From contig CAVVDX010000001.1 in NCBI GenBank assembly GCA_963747085.1, positions 1,131,987-1,195,986 of the forward strand: a DNA stretch of 64,000 nt, written 5' to 3'. Under the pieces are notes generated by a model. The model made no database searches and was not told where the DNA came from. It saw only the letters and a list, made by a program, of their open reading frames with translations. Numbering within the stretch: position 1 is the first letter of the stretch; the number at the start of each line of letters is the position of its first letter. Source of the DNA: an uncultured Actinomycetota bacterium. GTDB lineage: Bacteria > Actinomycetota > Acidimicrobiia > Acidimicrobiales > Bog-793. The position numbers and the translations under genes were made by a program. Below are positions 48,693-57,885 of the stretch, one piece after another.

Positions 48693-50258
48693 TCAGGCGC
48701 GGCGGCGGGACGCCGTGAGCAGCACCGCCCCGGTGATCACGACGGCGAGCACGACGAGCAGGATCGGCGCCGGCGCCTCCGGCAGCGCCGGCGGGGGGTT
48801 GCCGCCCGCCGGCTCGGTCGTAGTCGTGCTCGACGCGCCGAGCGTCGTGGTGGTCGTGCCGCCGCCCGGCGTCTGGCCGCCGGAAGGGTTGGGCTGCCCG
48901 GCCCCCGGCGTGGTACCGCCGGCGACCGGCGGAACCACCGCCGGGGCGCGAGGCGCCCCGAAGGCGACGAGCCAGCCCCCCGCCGGCACGACGAGGACGC
49001 CGCCCGCCGCGCCGAGGCCGGCGAGCTCGCTCGAGGTCCCCTGCTCGTCGGGCGCGGCGATCGGCGCGCCGGCCCGCGCGCAGAAGACCAGCGCGCCGCT
49101 GCGCAGGGTACGGGCGCAGACGGTCCCTGACGAGGACGCGGCGACGGCGGCCGACCCGACGACGAGCGGGGCAGTGTCGATGCCGGCGTCGGCGCTGTCG
49201 CGCCACCGCTTCGCCCGCGTGGCGGCGACGAGCGCCACGAGGCGGTGGCGTTGGACGACGAGCTCGAGGGCGCCGGCGAAGGCCGGGGAGGTCGAGGACG
49301 CGAAGCTGCCGCGGCGGGCTCCCGTTGCGGCGGAGAGGACAAACCCCGAGGCGCCCGACGGCAGCACGTCGAGCGTCGCTCCGTGCAGCACCACCGTCGA
49401 GCCGCGTCGCGCCACCGCCGCCGCTGCGTGGCCCGGGCACTCCAGCGCCGCCGCCCAGGCGAGCTTGCCGGTGCGCGTCTTCAGCGCGTCGGTCGATCCG
49501 CACGCGCCCGAGACGTAGAGCCGCGTCGCGCCGAGCGCCGGCGAGCCGAGACCACCCGCGGGCGCGGGAGCCTTCCAGCGCACCGCCCCGTTGCGCAGCG
49601 AGACGGCATAGACCGCGGATGGCACGGCCGGCTTGCGGCCGGACGCGGCGCGGCCACTGCCGTCGACGTACACCGCGGCCCCCTCGACGGCGGGCGGCGA
49701 GGTGAACGACTGCGGACCGAGCTCGACGGACCACACCCGCTTGCCGGTCGCTACCGCCACGGCCTCGAGCCGGCCGCCGGCACCGAGCGCGAGGACGCGC
49801 CCGCCGCCGTAGGCGATCGTCGCCCGGGCCACGCTGCCGCCGAGCTTCAACGGGTGCCACAGCGCCGTGCCGGTCGTGATCGCGAGCGCCTCGAGCAGCG
49901 GCCCTCGCTCGTGGCGCACGGCGACGGTGACGAAGACGCGGCCGCCGACGACGAGGGGATAGGAGACGCTGCGGCCGAGATGGAGGCGCCACAGCGGGAT
50001 CGCTGCGGCCGGCAGCGTCGCGCCGGCGAGGTCACCGTCGTGGGCGGCGTCGGCCTGGAACGCGACGTCGCTCACCCGGGAGGCCTCGGGGTGGTGAGGC
50101 GGCGTCCGGGAGGCGACGGGGCGGGGCGCTGCGCCCGCCGGCACGGCGGCGGCTGTGGCCGTCCACGAGACCGCGCCGGCGACGGCGAGCACGACCGGCA
50201 GCACGTACCGTGTGGTGACCGTAGACAAGAATTCATGTTGACGCGTATTCGTCACCAT
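48693..50258 (-). CDS. Secreted PQQ-like beta-propeller protein with LPEAP-TM-RRR C-terminus
   Basis: Signal peptide; repeated AxxxxTGxxxW motifs; P/T/G linker; start uncertain. Confidence 0.8.
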   Translation of the reverse strand: MVTNTRQHEFLSTVTTRYVLPVVLAVAGAVSWTATAAAVPAGAAPRPVASRTPPHHPEASRVSDVAFQADAAHDGDLAGATLPAAAIPLWRLHLGRSVSYPLVVGGRVFVTVAVRHERGPLLEALAITTGTALWHPLKLGGSVARATIAYGGGRVLALGAGGRLEAVAVATGKRVWSVELGPQSFTSPPAVEGAAVYVDGSGRAASGRKPAVPSAVYAVSLRNGAVRWKAPAPAGGLGSPALGATRLYVSGACGSTDALKTRTGKLAWAAALECPGHAAAAVARRGSTVVLHGATLDVLPSGASGFVLSAATGARRGSFASSTSPAFAGALELVVQRHRLVALVAATRAKRWRDSADAGIDTAPLVVGSAAVAASSSGTVCARTLRSGALVFCARAGAPIAAPDEQGTSSELAGLGAAGGVLVVPAGGWLVAFGAPRAPAVVPPVAGGTTPGAGQPNPSGGQTPGGGTTTTTLGASSTTTTEPAGGNPPPALPEAPAPILLVVLAVVITGAVLLTASRRRA

Positions 50259-50303
50259 CACGACACAGTATGGCCACTTCGCGTGAGCAGGGCGTGATCT
50301 TTG

Positions 50304-50325
50304 GTTCACCCGGCGTGCACCTGCG
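50304..50325 (+). promoter_or_regulatory. PHO-box-like 11-bp direct repeat pair
   Basis: GTTCACCCGGC GTGCACCTGCG; the first unit matches the Streptomyces PhoP GTTCACC core. Confidence 0.55.
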
Positions 50326-50460
50326 GGACGACCGGGCGGGGGCGGCGGGGCGGCGGGGGCGGCGCGGCCGGCGAGGGCGGCGCGGGCGAAAGGTTGAAGC
50401 CCGGCGGCGCGAGCGCCACGATGGCCTGGTGCAGGCCGAGCAGGCGAGCGAGGACACGAC

Positions 50461-51033
50461 GTGACCGAGGAGCCGACACCACCGCCGGTGACGCGCTGGC
50501 TCCTGCTCGTCTACCGGATCCCGAGCGAGCCGACGCGCCTTCGCGCCGGGGTGTGGCGCAAGATCAAGGGGCTCGGGGCGATCTACGTGCAGAACAGCGT
50601 GGCCGCCCTGCCTGCCTCGCCGGCGGCCGAGCGAGCCATGCGCGGGCTGCGTGCCGAGATCGGCGAGCTCGGCGGCAGCGCGTTCCTCCTCGATGCCGGG
50701 GTCCTCGCCGGCCAGGCGCAGCTGCTCGAGCTGTTCAACGCGGCTCGCAACGACGAGTACGAGGAGATCGTCGACCGCTGCGACGACTTCCTCGCCCAGG
50801 TGCACAAGGAGTACGACGCGCACCACTTCACCTATGCCGAGCTCGAGGAGAACGACGTCGACCTGGCCAAGCTGCGCGGCTGGCTGGAGAAGGTGCGCGG
50901 CCGCGACGCCTTCGGGGCGAGCGGGTGGGCGGCGGCGAACGAGGCCCTGGCCGGTTGCGAGCGGGTGCTCGAGGAGTACGCGGCGCGCGTCTACGCCGAA
51001 GAGGTCGAGGGCCCCCAAGCGCTCGGGCACTGA
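50461..51033 (+). CDS. ChrB N-terminal domain protein (stand-alone)
   Basis: WLLLVYRIPSEPTRLRAGVWRKIKGLGA, FNAARNDEYEEI, FTYAELEENDVDL, RDAFG. Confidence 0.82.
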   Translation: MTEEPTPPPVTRWLLLVYRIPSEPTRLRAGVWRKIKGLGAIYVQNSVAALPASPAAERAMRGLRAEIGELGGSAFLLDAGVLAGQAQLLELFNAARNDEYEEIVDRCDDFLAQVHKEYDAHHFTYAELEENDVDLAKLRGWLEKVRGRDAFGASGWAAANEALAGCERVLEEYAARVYAEEVEGPQALGH

Positions 51034-51147
51034 GCAGCCCGAGGAAAGCAGCGGAAAGTGCCCAACCTTGGGGCACCGCCAAACGTGCCAGCTCACCATC
51101 CTGACGAACGGATTAACTGGCACGAGGTCGCCGGATGTTGTGACGAA

Positions 51148-51224
51148 ATTCAGCCTCCGGCTACCCTCGGTTCAGCTCGGTGTAACCGTCGATTCGTACC
51201 GTAGCTAACGGCTGTTAGCCACAC
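51148..51224 (+). promoter_or_regulatory. Phased 11-bp repeat array, PHO-box-like
   Basis: Units beginning ATTCAGC (51148), GGCTACC, GTTCAGC (51170), TGTAACC, ATTCGTA, AGCTAAC, GTTAGCC (51214), all in 11-nt register, just upstream of the SBP gene. Confidence 0.45.
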
Positions 51225-51245
51225 CGACGAACAACCGGAGGGCAC

Positions 51246-52332
51246 ATGACGCGTTCCACCCCGCGCGACCGCACCAGCGGGCGCCTGTCCAGGAAGGTTG
51301 CACCGGGCCTCGCCGCGCTCGGTGCACTGGCGGCTGCCGGCACGGTCGCCGCCGGCGGCGCCTCGGCGAGCACGCACAAGGCGGCGTCGGGCGACGTGCC
51401 GCTCGTGGTCTACTCCGCCCAGGGCTACGACAAGGCCATGACGACGGCGTTCCAGAAGGCGACCGGCATCCCGGTCAAGCTCGACGACAACTCGACCGGC
51501 CCGCTGCTCACCCAGATCCAGGCCACGTTGAACAACCCGAAGTGGGGGCTGTTGTGGGTCGACGGGGCGACGGCGTTCGCCTCGCTGGATACCCAGGGCA
51601 TGCTGCTGCGCCACTTCGAGCCGAGCGTCAGCTGGAACTCCCTCGGCACGGCCGTCGTGCCGAAGAACGGGAGCTTCATCCCGACCGGGATCACGCTGAT
51701 GGCGGCGATGGTCTACAACGAGTCCAAGGTGCCGAACCCGCCGACGACCTGGCAGGATCTCACGTCTGCGACGTGGAAGGGCCAGATCGGCATGAACGAC
51801 CCCTCGCAGTCGGGGCCGACCTTCCCCTTCATCGCCGGGATGATGCAGTACCTCGGCGGGATCAGCAAGGGCGAGGCCTACTTCGAGCAGCTGAAGGCCA
51901 ACGGCCTGGTGATCAACCCGACCAATGGCCCGACCCTCGCAGCGCTCGGATCGGGGCAGATCAACATCGCCCTCGTGCAGTCCTCGGCGGGCATCGGCGC
52001 CAAGCTCACCTCGAAGGGCCTCGGGCTCAAGTACCTCGACCCGGTGACGCTCCTGCCGAGCGCGATCGGCATCGACGCCAAGGCACCCGAGCAGGAGCAG
52101 ACCGAGGCCGAGCAGTTCGTGGACTTCGTGCTCTCCAAGAAGGGCCAGCACATCATGCAGACCGGCGACCCGACCGGCGACTCGCTGTACTACCCGGTGC
52201 TGACCGGCGTGAAGCCGCTCAAGGCGCTGCCCTCGCTCTCCTCGGTGAAGACCCAGACGATCAACCCCTACGCCTGGGGGCCGCGTCGAGAGCGCGGTCA
52301 ACAGCTGGTTCGACAGCAACATCACGTCCTGA
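51246..52332 (+). CDS. AfuA/FbpA-type ABC substrate-binding protein, frameshift near the 3' end
   Basis: Signal peptide, LVVYSAQ, FQKATGIPV, STG, MNDPSQSGP, AEQFVDFVLS; shifted frame ends NSWFDSNITS*. Confidence 0.82.
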
Positions 52333-52425
52333 CCGCACGCCCGTCCTGACCGCAAACCACGTGCCGAATCGCAACACGACCCGCACGCCAGCATCGGCAG
52401 CCCCGGCGAGGCAGGCTCACCAGCT

Positions 52426-54273
52426 GTGAGCTCCTCCCCGGGTCTGCTCCGGCCGCCGGCCGAGGTCGCGCCGCCCCGCGCGGCGCGACCTCCCGGCAGG
52501 CCCGGCCCCGTGCAGCGGTTGCGCGCCTCAACCGGAGCGCGCATGGCGAGCGACGCGTTGCGCCGCACCGCGCAGCCGGCGCTGTGGCTGCTGCTCGGCG
52601 TGGCGATCCTCGCCCCCTGCGTCTGCTTCCTCATCACCGCCTTCTCACCGCGCATCTTCGACCAGGTGCCGGCGGGCGATGCCCCGCACTGGTGGATCGC
52701 CGGCGACTGGACCTGGCACTACTTCGCCGAGGCGTTCAGCGGGACCGAGATCACCTCGCTCCTCAACTCGATCTGGGTCGCCTGCGCCGCGGCGGTGATC
52801 GGGCTGGCCATCGGCTTCCCCATCGCCTGGCTCCTGCATCGAACCGACGTCCCCTTCCGGCGGGTGCTCGGCGGGGCGATGTGGCTCGTGCTGATCGTCC
52901 CCTCCTGGGTCCCTTCGGAGGGCTGGGTGACCCTCGTGGCCCCCGACAGCCTCCTGTTCCGGGCGCACCTCGGCGCGAGCTGGATGACGGGCCTGATCAT
53001 GGGACCCTTCGGGGTCGTCCTCGTGCTCGGCCTTCGCGCCGTGCCCTTCGCCTACCTGGCGGTCACCGCCGCGCTCGGCGGGCTCGGCCAGGAGTTCGAG
53101 GATGCGGCGCGCACGCACGGGGCGAACCGCGCCCAGGCGTTGCGCCTCGTCACGCCGATCCTGGCACCGGCGATCCTCTCGGCACTGGCGATCGGCTTCG
53201 CCGAGACGATCAGCGACTTCGGCGTCGCGGCGACGCTGGCCAACCGCTCGGGCTTCCGCATGGCGACCTACGAGCTGTACCAGAACATCGGCAACTTCCC
53301 GGGCAACTTCCCCGTCGCCGCGGCGATCGGCATCCTGCTCGTCGCCACGGTGGCGATCCCGCTCACCATCCAGGCCAAGGCGCTGCGCGGCCGGAGCTAC
53401 GCCGTGCTCTCCGGGCGCACCCGCCCGGTGCAGCGCAAGGAGCTGACCCGGCGCGGCAAGGCCGGCGCGCTCGGCCTGATCGGCGTCTTCTACCTCTTCG
53501 CCATCGGCGTGCCGGCCTTCGGGGCGGTGTCGGCGTCGGTCCTGCCCGACATCGTCAGCTCGCTGCGCCCGACCTTCAGCTACTACAAGGAGACCTTCAC
53601 GAGCTCGGTGCAGTACGGGCCGTTCGAGCGCAGCCTGATCTACGGCCTGATCACGGCCTCGATCACCGTCGTCGGCGGGTTCATCGCGGCGCGCCTGCTC
53701 ACCAAGCAGAAGACCACCTCGACCAAGGTGCTCGACTTCATGCTGCTCGCCGTCGTCGCTCTGCCGAGCGTGGTGTTCGGGGCCGGCTACATCCTCTTCT
53801 ACAACCTCCCGGCGCTGTCGCGGGTGGGCCTCGACCTCTACCAGACCGTCACCCTGCTCGTGCTCGCGTACACGGCGTCGAGCCTGCCGACCAACGCCCG
53901 CATCCTCGTCGGGCCGGTGTCGCAGATCCAGCCCTCGCTGCACGACTCGGCGCGCGTGCACGGGGCGGGGACGATCCGCGCCTGGGCGCACGGCGTCATC
54001 CCCGCCGTCTCCCGCCCGGTGATGATGGCCTGGCTGCTCACCTTCACCGGCGTCTTCCTCGAGCTGCCGCTGTCGGAGCTGCTCGAGCCGTTCAACGCGC
54101 CGCCACTCTCGGTGCAGATCCAGAACGACGCGACCTACCACTACAGCCTGGCGATGGCCGAGACCGTCTCGGCCTCGGCGATCGCCTTCCTCGCCGTGGG
54201 CGTCGTCCTCGGCGGCTACCGGCTGCTCGCCCCGGCGGGCTGGCGCCGGATCGGAGGGTCGGCTCGTGGGTGA
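52426..54273 (+). CDS. AfuB/FbpB-type ABC permease (two BPD_transp_1 domains)
   Basis: FEDAARTHGA and LHDSARVHGA EAA loops; start uncertain. Confidence 0.88.
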   Translation: MSSSPGLLRPPAEVAPPRAARPPGRPGPVQRLRASTGARMASDALRRTAQPALWLLLGVAILAPCVCFLITAFSPRIFDQVPAGDAPHWWIAGDWTWHYFAEAFSGTEITSLLNSIWVACAAAVIGLAIGFPIAWLLHRTDVPFRRVLGGAMWLVLIVPSWVPSEGWVTLVAPDSLLFRAHLGASWMTGLIMGPFGVVLVLGLRAVPFAYLAVTAALGGLGQEFEDAARTHGANRAQALRLVTPILAPAILSALAIGFAETISDFGVAATLANRSGFRMATYELYQNIGNFPGNFPVAAAIGILLVATVAIPLTIQAKALRGRSYAVLSGRTRPVQRKELTRRGKAGALGLIGVFYLFAIGVPAFGAVSASVLPDIVSSLRPTFSYYKETFTSSVQYGPFERSLIYGLITASITVVGGFIAARLLTKQKTTSTKVLDFMLLAVVALPSVVFGAGYILFYNLPALSRVGLDLYQTVTLLVLAYTASSLPTNARILVGPVSQIQPSLHDSARVHGAGTIRAWAHGVIPAVSRPVMMAWLLTFTGVFLELPLSELLEPFNAPPLSVQIQNDATYHYSLAMAETVSASAIAFLAVGVVLGGYRLLAPAGWRRIGGSARG

Positions 54274-55507
54274 CCGCATCGAGCTCGAGCACGTCACCAA
54301 GACCTATCCCGGCGGCAACACCGCCCTCGACGACGTCTCGATCGCCGTCGACCCGGGGACCTTCCTCGTCCTGCTCGGGCCGTCGGGCTCGGGAAAGACG
54401 ACCATGCTGCGCTGCCTGGCGGGGATCGAGCGGATCAGCTCGGGCACGATCCGGGTGGGGTCGACGACGGTCGCCGACGGACGGGTGCATCTCCCGCCCG
54501 AGCAGCGCAACCTGTCGATGGTCTTCCAGGATTACGCCCTCTGGCCGCACCTCGTCGCCCGCGACAACGTCGCCTTCGCCATGCGCCGGCGGGGCGTCTC
54601 CAAGGACGAGGGGCGCCACCACGCGCAGGCGATGCTCGAACGCGTCGGGCTCGACGCCCTGGCCGAGCGCTACCCGACGCAACTCTCGGGCGGCGAGCAG
54701 CAGCGCGTCGCCCTCGCACGAGCGCTGGTGGCCGACACCGGGCTCGTCCTCTGCGACGAGCCGCTGTCCAACCTCGACGCCGACCTGCGCGAGCGGATGC
54801 GCATCGAGATCTCCGCCCTCGTGCGCCAGGCGGGGGCGACGGCCGTGTACATCACCCACGACCAGTCGGAGGCCTTCGCCCTCGCCGACCTCGTCGGCGT
54901 GCTCGAGCGCGGCCGCCTCGTGCAGTTCTCGGTCCCCGAGGGGATCTACCTCCGCCCGGCGAGCCCCTTCGTCGCCCGCTTCACCGGCCTGGCGGGCGAG
55001 CTCGCCGTGCGCATCGGCGAGCCGCTCGGCGACGGCCTCGTCGAGACGGTGCCCGCGGTCGAGCACCGCCGGCCGGTCGTCGCCAACCTCGCCGGGCCGC
55101 CCGGTGGCGGCGCGGCCGGCTCTGGCGTCGGGACGGGCCCGGCGGGCGTCTCCCCTGGCTCCCTCGGCCTGCTCACGGTGAGGACGGCGGCGACCCGGCT
55201 CGGCTCGCCCGAGGACGACGACTACCATCTCCTCGGCCTGGTCGCCGACGTCGCTTTCCGTGGCCGCGGCTACGAGCACGCCGTTCGGCTGGCCGACGGC
55301 ACGCAGCTGACGGGGGTGTTCTCCGAGCGGCGGGTGCCACGGGGCGAACGCGTCGGGTTGCGCCTGGAGGCCTCGGGATGCCTCGTCTTCCCCGGTGAGG
55401 CGCCCGGGGCGGGTCGCTCCCCGGTGCTCGATCGACCGCCGACCGAGCACGGGATGCGCCCGAGCGACGCCGCACCCGCGCCGAGCGTGGAAAGGGTCCG
55501 GAGTTGA
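54266..55507 (+). CDS. AfuC/PotA-type ABC ATP-binding protein
   Basis: GPSGSGKT, VFQDYALWPH, LSGGEQQR, DEPLSNLD, THDQ. Confidence 0.93.
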   Translation: MGDRIELEHVTKTYPGGNTALDDVSIAVDPGTFLVLLGPSGSGKTTMLRCLAGIERISSGTIRVGSTTVADGRVHLPPEQRNLSMVFQDYALWPHLVARDNVAFAMRRRGVSKDEGRHHAQAMLERVGLDALAERYPTQLSGGEQQRVALARALVADTGLVLCDEPLSNLDADLRERMRIEISALVRQAGATAVYITHDQSEAFALADLVGVLERGRLVQFSVPEGIYLRPASPFVARFTGLAGELAVRIGEPLGDGLVETVPAVEHRRPVVANLAGPPGGGAAGSGVGTGPAGVSPGSLGLLTVRTAATRLGSPEDDDYHLLGLVADVAFRGRGYEHAVRLADGTQLTGVFSERRVPRGERVGLRLEASGCLVFPGEAPGAGRSPVLDRPPTEHGMRPSDAAPAPSVERVRS

Positions 55508-56340
55508 CGACTTCAGCAGTACTGCTGGCGCTGGCGGTGTTCGCCGCCAGCGCCGTCGAGATGGTGGAAGCCCTGACGATCGTGCTCGCCGCCGGCACGA
55601 CGCGGGGCTGGCGCTCGGCGCTCGAGGGCAGCGCCGTGGCGGTCGTGGTGCTCGGCGTGCTCGTCGGCGTCGTCGGCGTGCCGCTCGTGCGCCTCGTGCC
55701 GATCTCCACCCTGCGCGTCGTGATCGGCGGCCTGTTGCTCGTGCTCGGCCTCGGCTGGCTGCGCAAGGCGATCCTGCGCGCCAGCGGGCACAAGGCGCTG
55801 CACGACGAGGACGCGATCTACGCCCGCACGGTGGCCGAGCTGAGCACGCCCGGACTCCCGGCGCGAGCCGGCGCGACGCCGGCGCACGTCGGCCGGCTCA
55901 CGGCGCTTCGCGCCCAGCCGCACGACAGCCTCGGCTTCGTCGTCGCCTTCAAGGGCGTGTTCCTCGAGGGGATGGAGGTGGTGCTGATCGTGATCAGCCT
56001 CGGCTCCTCAGCCCACGAGCTCGGCCTGGCCGCAGCCGCCGCTGCGGCCGCGATCGTGGTCGTCGGCATCGTCGGGGCGGTCGTCGCCCGCCAGCTCTCC
56101 CAGGTGCCGGAGAACACGCTGAAGATGGGGGTCGGGATCATGCTCACGAGCTTCGGCGTGTTCTGGGTCGGCGAGGGCGCCGGCGTACGCTGGCCGGGGA
56201 GCGACCTGTCGATCCTGTGGTTGGTCGCGCTGTTCCTCACCGCCACCGTGATCGGCATCGCGGCGATGCGCCGGCTGACCCCGGGCTCGGGGCCGTCCTC
56301 ACCCTCCGCGTCGGCGCCGGCCACGGCCGGCCGGCACTGA
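55504..56340 (+). CDS. COG4280 / GDT1-like membrane protein with two ExxE motifs
   Basis: SAVEMVEALTIVLA and FKGVFLEGMEVV, VPENTLK, FGVFWVGEG; TTGA overlap. Confidence 0.8.
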   Translation: MTTSAVLLALAVFAASAVEMVEALTIVLAAGTTRGWRSALEGSAVAVVVLGVLVGVVGVPLVRLVPISTLRVVIGGLLLVLGLGWLRKAILRASGHKALHDEDAIYARTVAELSTPGLPARAGATPAHVGRLTALRAQPHDSLGFVVAFKGVFLEGMEVVLIVISLGSSAHELGLAAAAAAAAIVVVGIVGAVVARQLSQVPENTLKMGVGIMLTSFGVFWVGEGAGVRWPGSDLSILWLVALFLTATVIGIAAMRRLTPGSGPSSPSASAPATAGRH

Positions 56341-56356
56341 GCGCGGAGGCGCGGAC

Positions 56357-56584
56357 ATGGCGAGCCGGGAGGACCCGGCGCTGAAGCGCTACGCGGTCGC
56401 CTTCGGGCGATTCTGGTGGGACTTCCTCGTCGGCGACACACCCGAGCTGTTCGTCGGCACCCTGGCGATCATCGGGACGGCATTCGGGCTGCGCCACGAC
56501 CGGGTGGCGGCGATCGTCGTCGTGCCGCTGGTCGCCCTGGCGTTCCTCTTCGGGAGTACGATCCGAGGTCGTCGGAGAGGCTGA
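56357..56584 (+). CDS. Small membrane protein with FGRFWWDFLVGD motif
   Basis: 75 aa, two hydrophobic segments, GGAGG RBS, directly after COG4280. Confidence 0.7.
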   Translation: MASREDPALKRYAVAFGRFWWDFLVGDTPELFVGTLAIIGTAFGLRHDRVAAIVVVPLVALAFLFGSTIRGRRRG

Positions 56585-56588
56585 GCGC

Positions 56589-56873
56589 ATGGCAGACGAA
56601 GAGGGCTGGTACACCGACCCGTACGGGCTGCACGAGGCTCGCTGGTTCTCCCAGGGTCAGCCGACGCGACTCGTGAGGGATGGGGACGTGGAGTCCTCCG
56701 ACGAGCCGCCGGCCGAGGCCCCCTCCGGGGAGCCGGTGGAGCTCCATGTCACGCCGTCGAGCACCGGCGACACGGATCTGCGGCGCGCCGACGATGCCGA
56801 GCGGGAGCCCGATTACGACCCGCAGGCCGCCGGGCGGGCCGCCTTCGACGCGCTCGATCGCAGCGTGTCCTAG
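56589..56873 (+). CDS. Small acidic protein with DUF2510-like GWYxDP motif
   Basis: EGWYTDPYGLHEARWFSQGQPT. Confidence 0.6.
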   Translation: MADEEGWYTDPYGLHEARWFSQGQPTRLVRDGDVESSDEPPAEAPSGEPVELHVTPSSTGDTDLRRADDAEREPDYDPQAAGRAAFDALDRSVS

Positions 56874-56914
56874 TTCCTCGCTCGGGCTGGCCACCCGGAG
56901 GCGCCGCGCGGCGC

Positions 56915-57832
56915 TCAGGCGCCGACGTCGCTGTCGACCGAGGCCTCCTCGTCGACGACTCCGGTCGCCCGGGAAGAGCCGCGGCTCGGGTGCGCCTGCT
57001 CGGAGACGGACCCCCCGCCGGCGGGTGCCTGGCGACGAGCCGGCGTGCCGTACGCGACGTACTGGCCACCCATCGGCAGCCAGGTGAAGAGCCGGTCGAT
57101 CGCCGCGCCGACGGACCCGCCCAGCGGGCTGAACAAGTAGTGGCGTGGCTGGGCGTCGGCGATGCCCGCGGCACGCAGCAGCCCCACCGTGCGGCGGTGC
57201 GACGACAGCGTGACCCCGACGTCGACCGGGCAGCTGCTCACCGCCCGGCGGGTGAGGGGGTTGAACGGGTTGTGCTCGAAGATCGTGACCAGGCCGCCGG
57301 GGCGGACGACGCGGGCGAGCTCTGCGACAAAGCCAGGACGCTGCGGGGGCTCGACGTGGTGCAGGACGCAGATCGCCAGGACGACGTCGAAGCAGCCGTC
57401 CTCGAAGGGCAGCTCTGCGCCGTCGTAGAAGCGGTAGTCGACGCCGGGGACATTCCGGCGCGCCTCGACGAGCATCTCCTCGGAGACGTCGACACCGCTG
57501 AGCGACTTGCACTTGTCGACGAGCAGCTTGTCGGTCGTGCCGGTACCGCAGCCGACGTCGAGCACGGCGCAGCGGTCGAGGCCGCCGATCCGGCCACCGA
57601 CGACCTCACCGAGCAGGTCGACCTTCCGCCCGGCGAAGAACTCCGAGTCGCGGCCGGTGAAGGCCACCGACTTGTCGACCTCGCCCACGTACTCGTGAGC
57701 GTGGGCGTCGAAGACCTCTTGTGCGATCGCGGCGACTGCGACCCCCTCGGCGGCATGGTCACCCATGCTGGCCGCAGCCCTCGAGCTGTCGCCATCGCTC
57801 ATGCCGGCAGCTTCGACGGAGCTGACTTCCAT
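56915..57832 (-). CDS. Class I SAM-dependent methyltransferase
   Basis: VLDVGCGTG, GVDVSEEML, LPFEDGCFD, VLHHV, FEHNPFNPLTR, GGQY; GAGGAG RBS. Confidence 0.9.
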   Translation of the reverse strand: MEVSSVEAAGMSDGDSSRAAASMGDHAAEGVAVAAIAQEVFDAHAHEYVGEVDKSVAFTGRDSEFFAGRKVDLLGEVVGGRIGGLDRCAVLDVGCGTGTTDKLLVDKCKSLSGVDVSEEMLVEARRNVPGVDYRFYDGAELPFEDGCFDVVLAICVLHHVEPPQRPGFVAELARVVRPGGLVTIFEHNPFNPLTRRAVSSCPVDVGVTLSSHRRTVGLLRAAGIADAQPRHYLFSPLGGSVGAAIDRLFTWLPMGGQYVAYGTPARRQAPAGGGSVSEQAHPSRGSSRATGVVDEEASVDSDVGA

Positions 57833-57885
57833 CCGGTGCTCCTCGGTCGCGGGCGTCGTCGGGGGGCTGGCGGGACATCGCGACA

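Noticed and set aside
50461-51033. Chromate resistance locus
   Set aside because: No chrA transporter and no rhodanese-like ChrB C-terminal domain.
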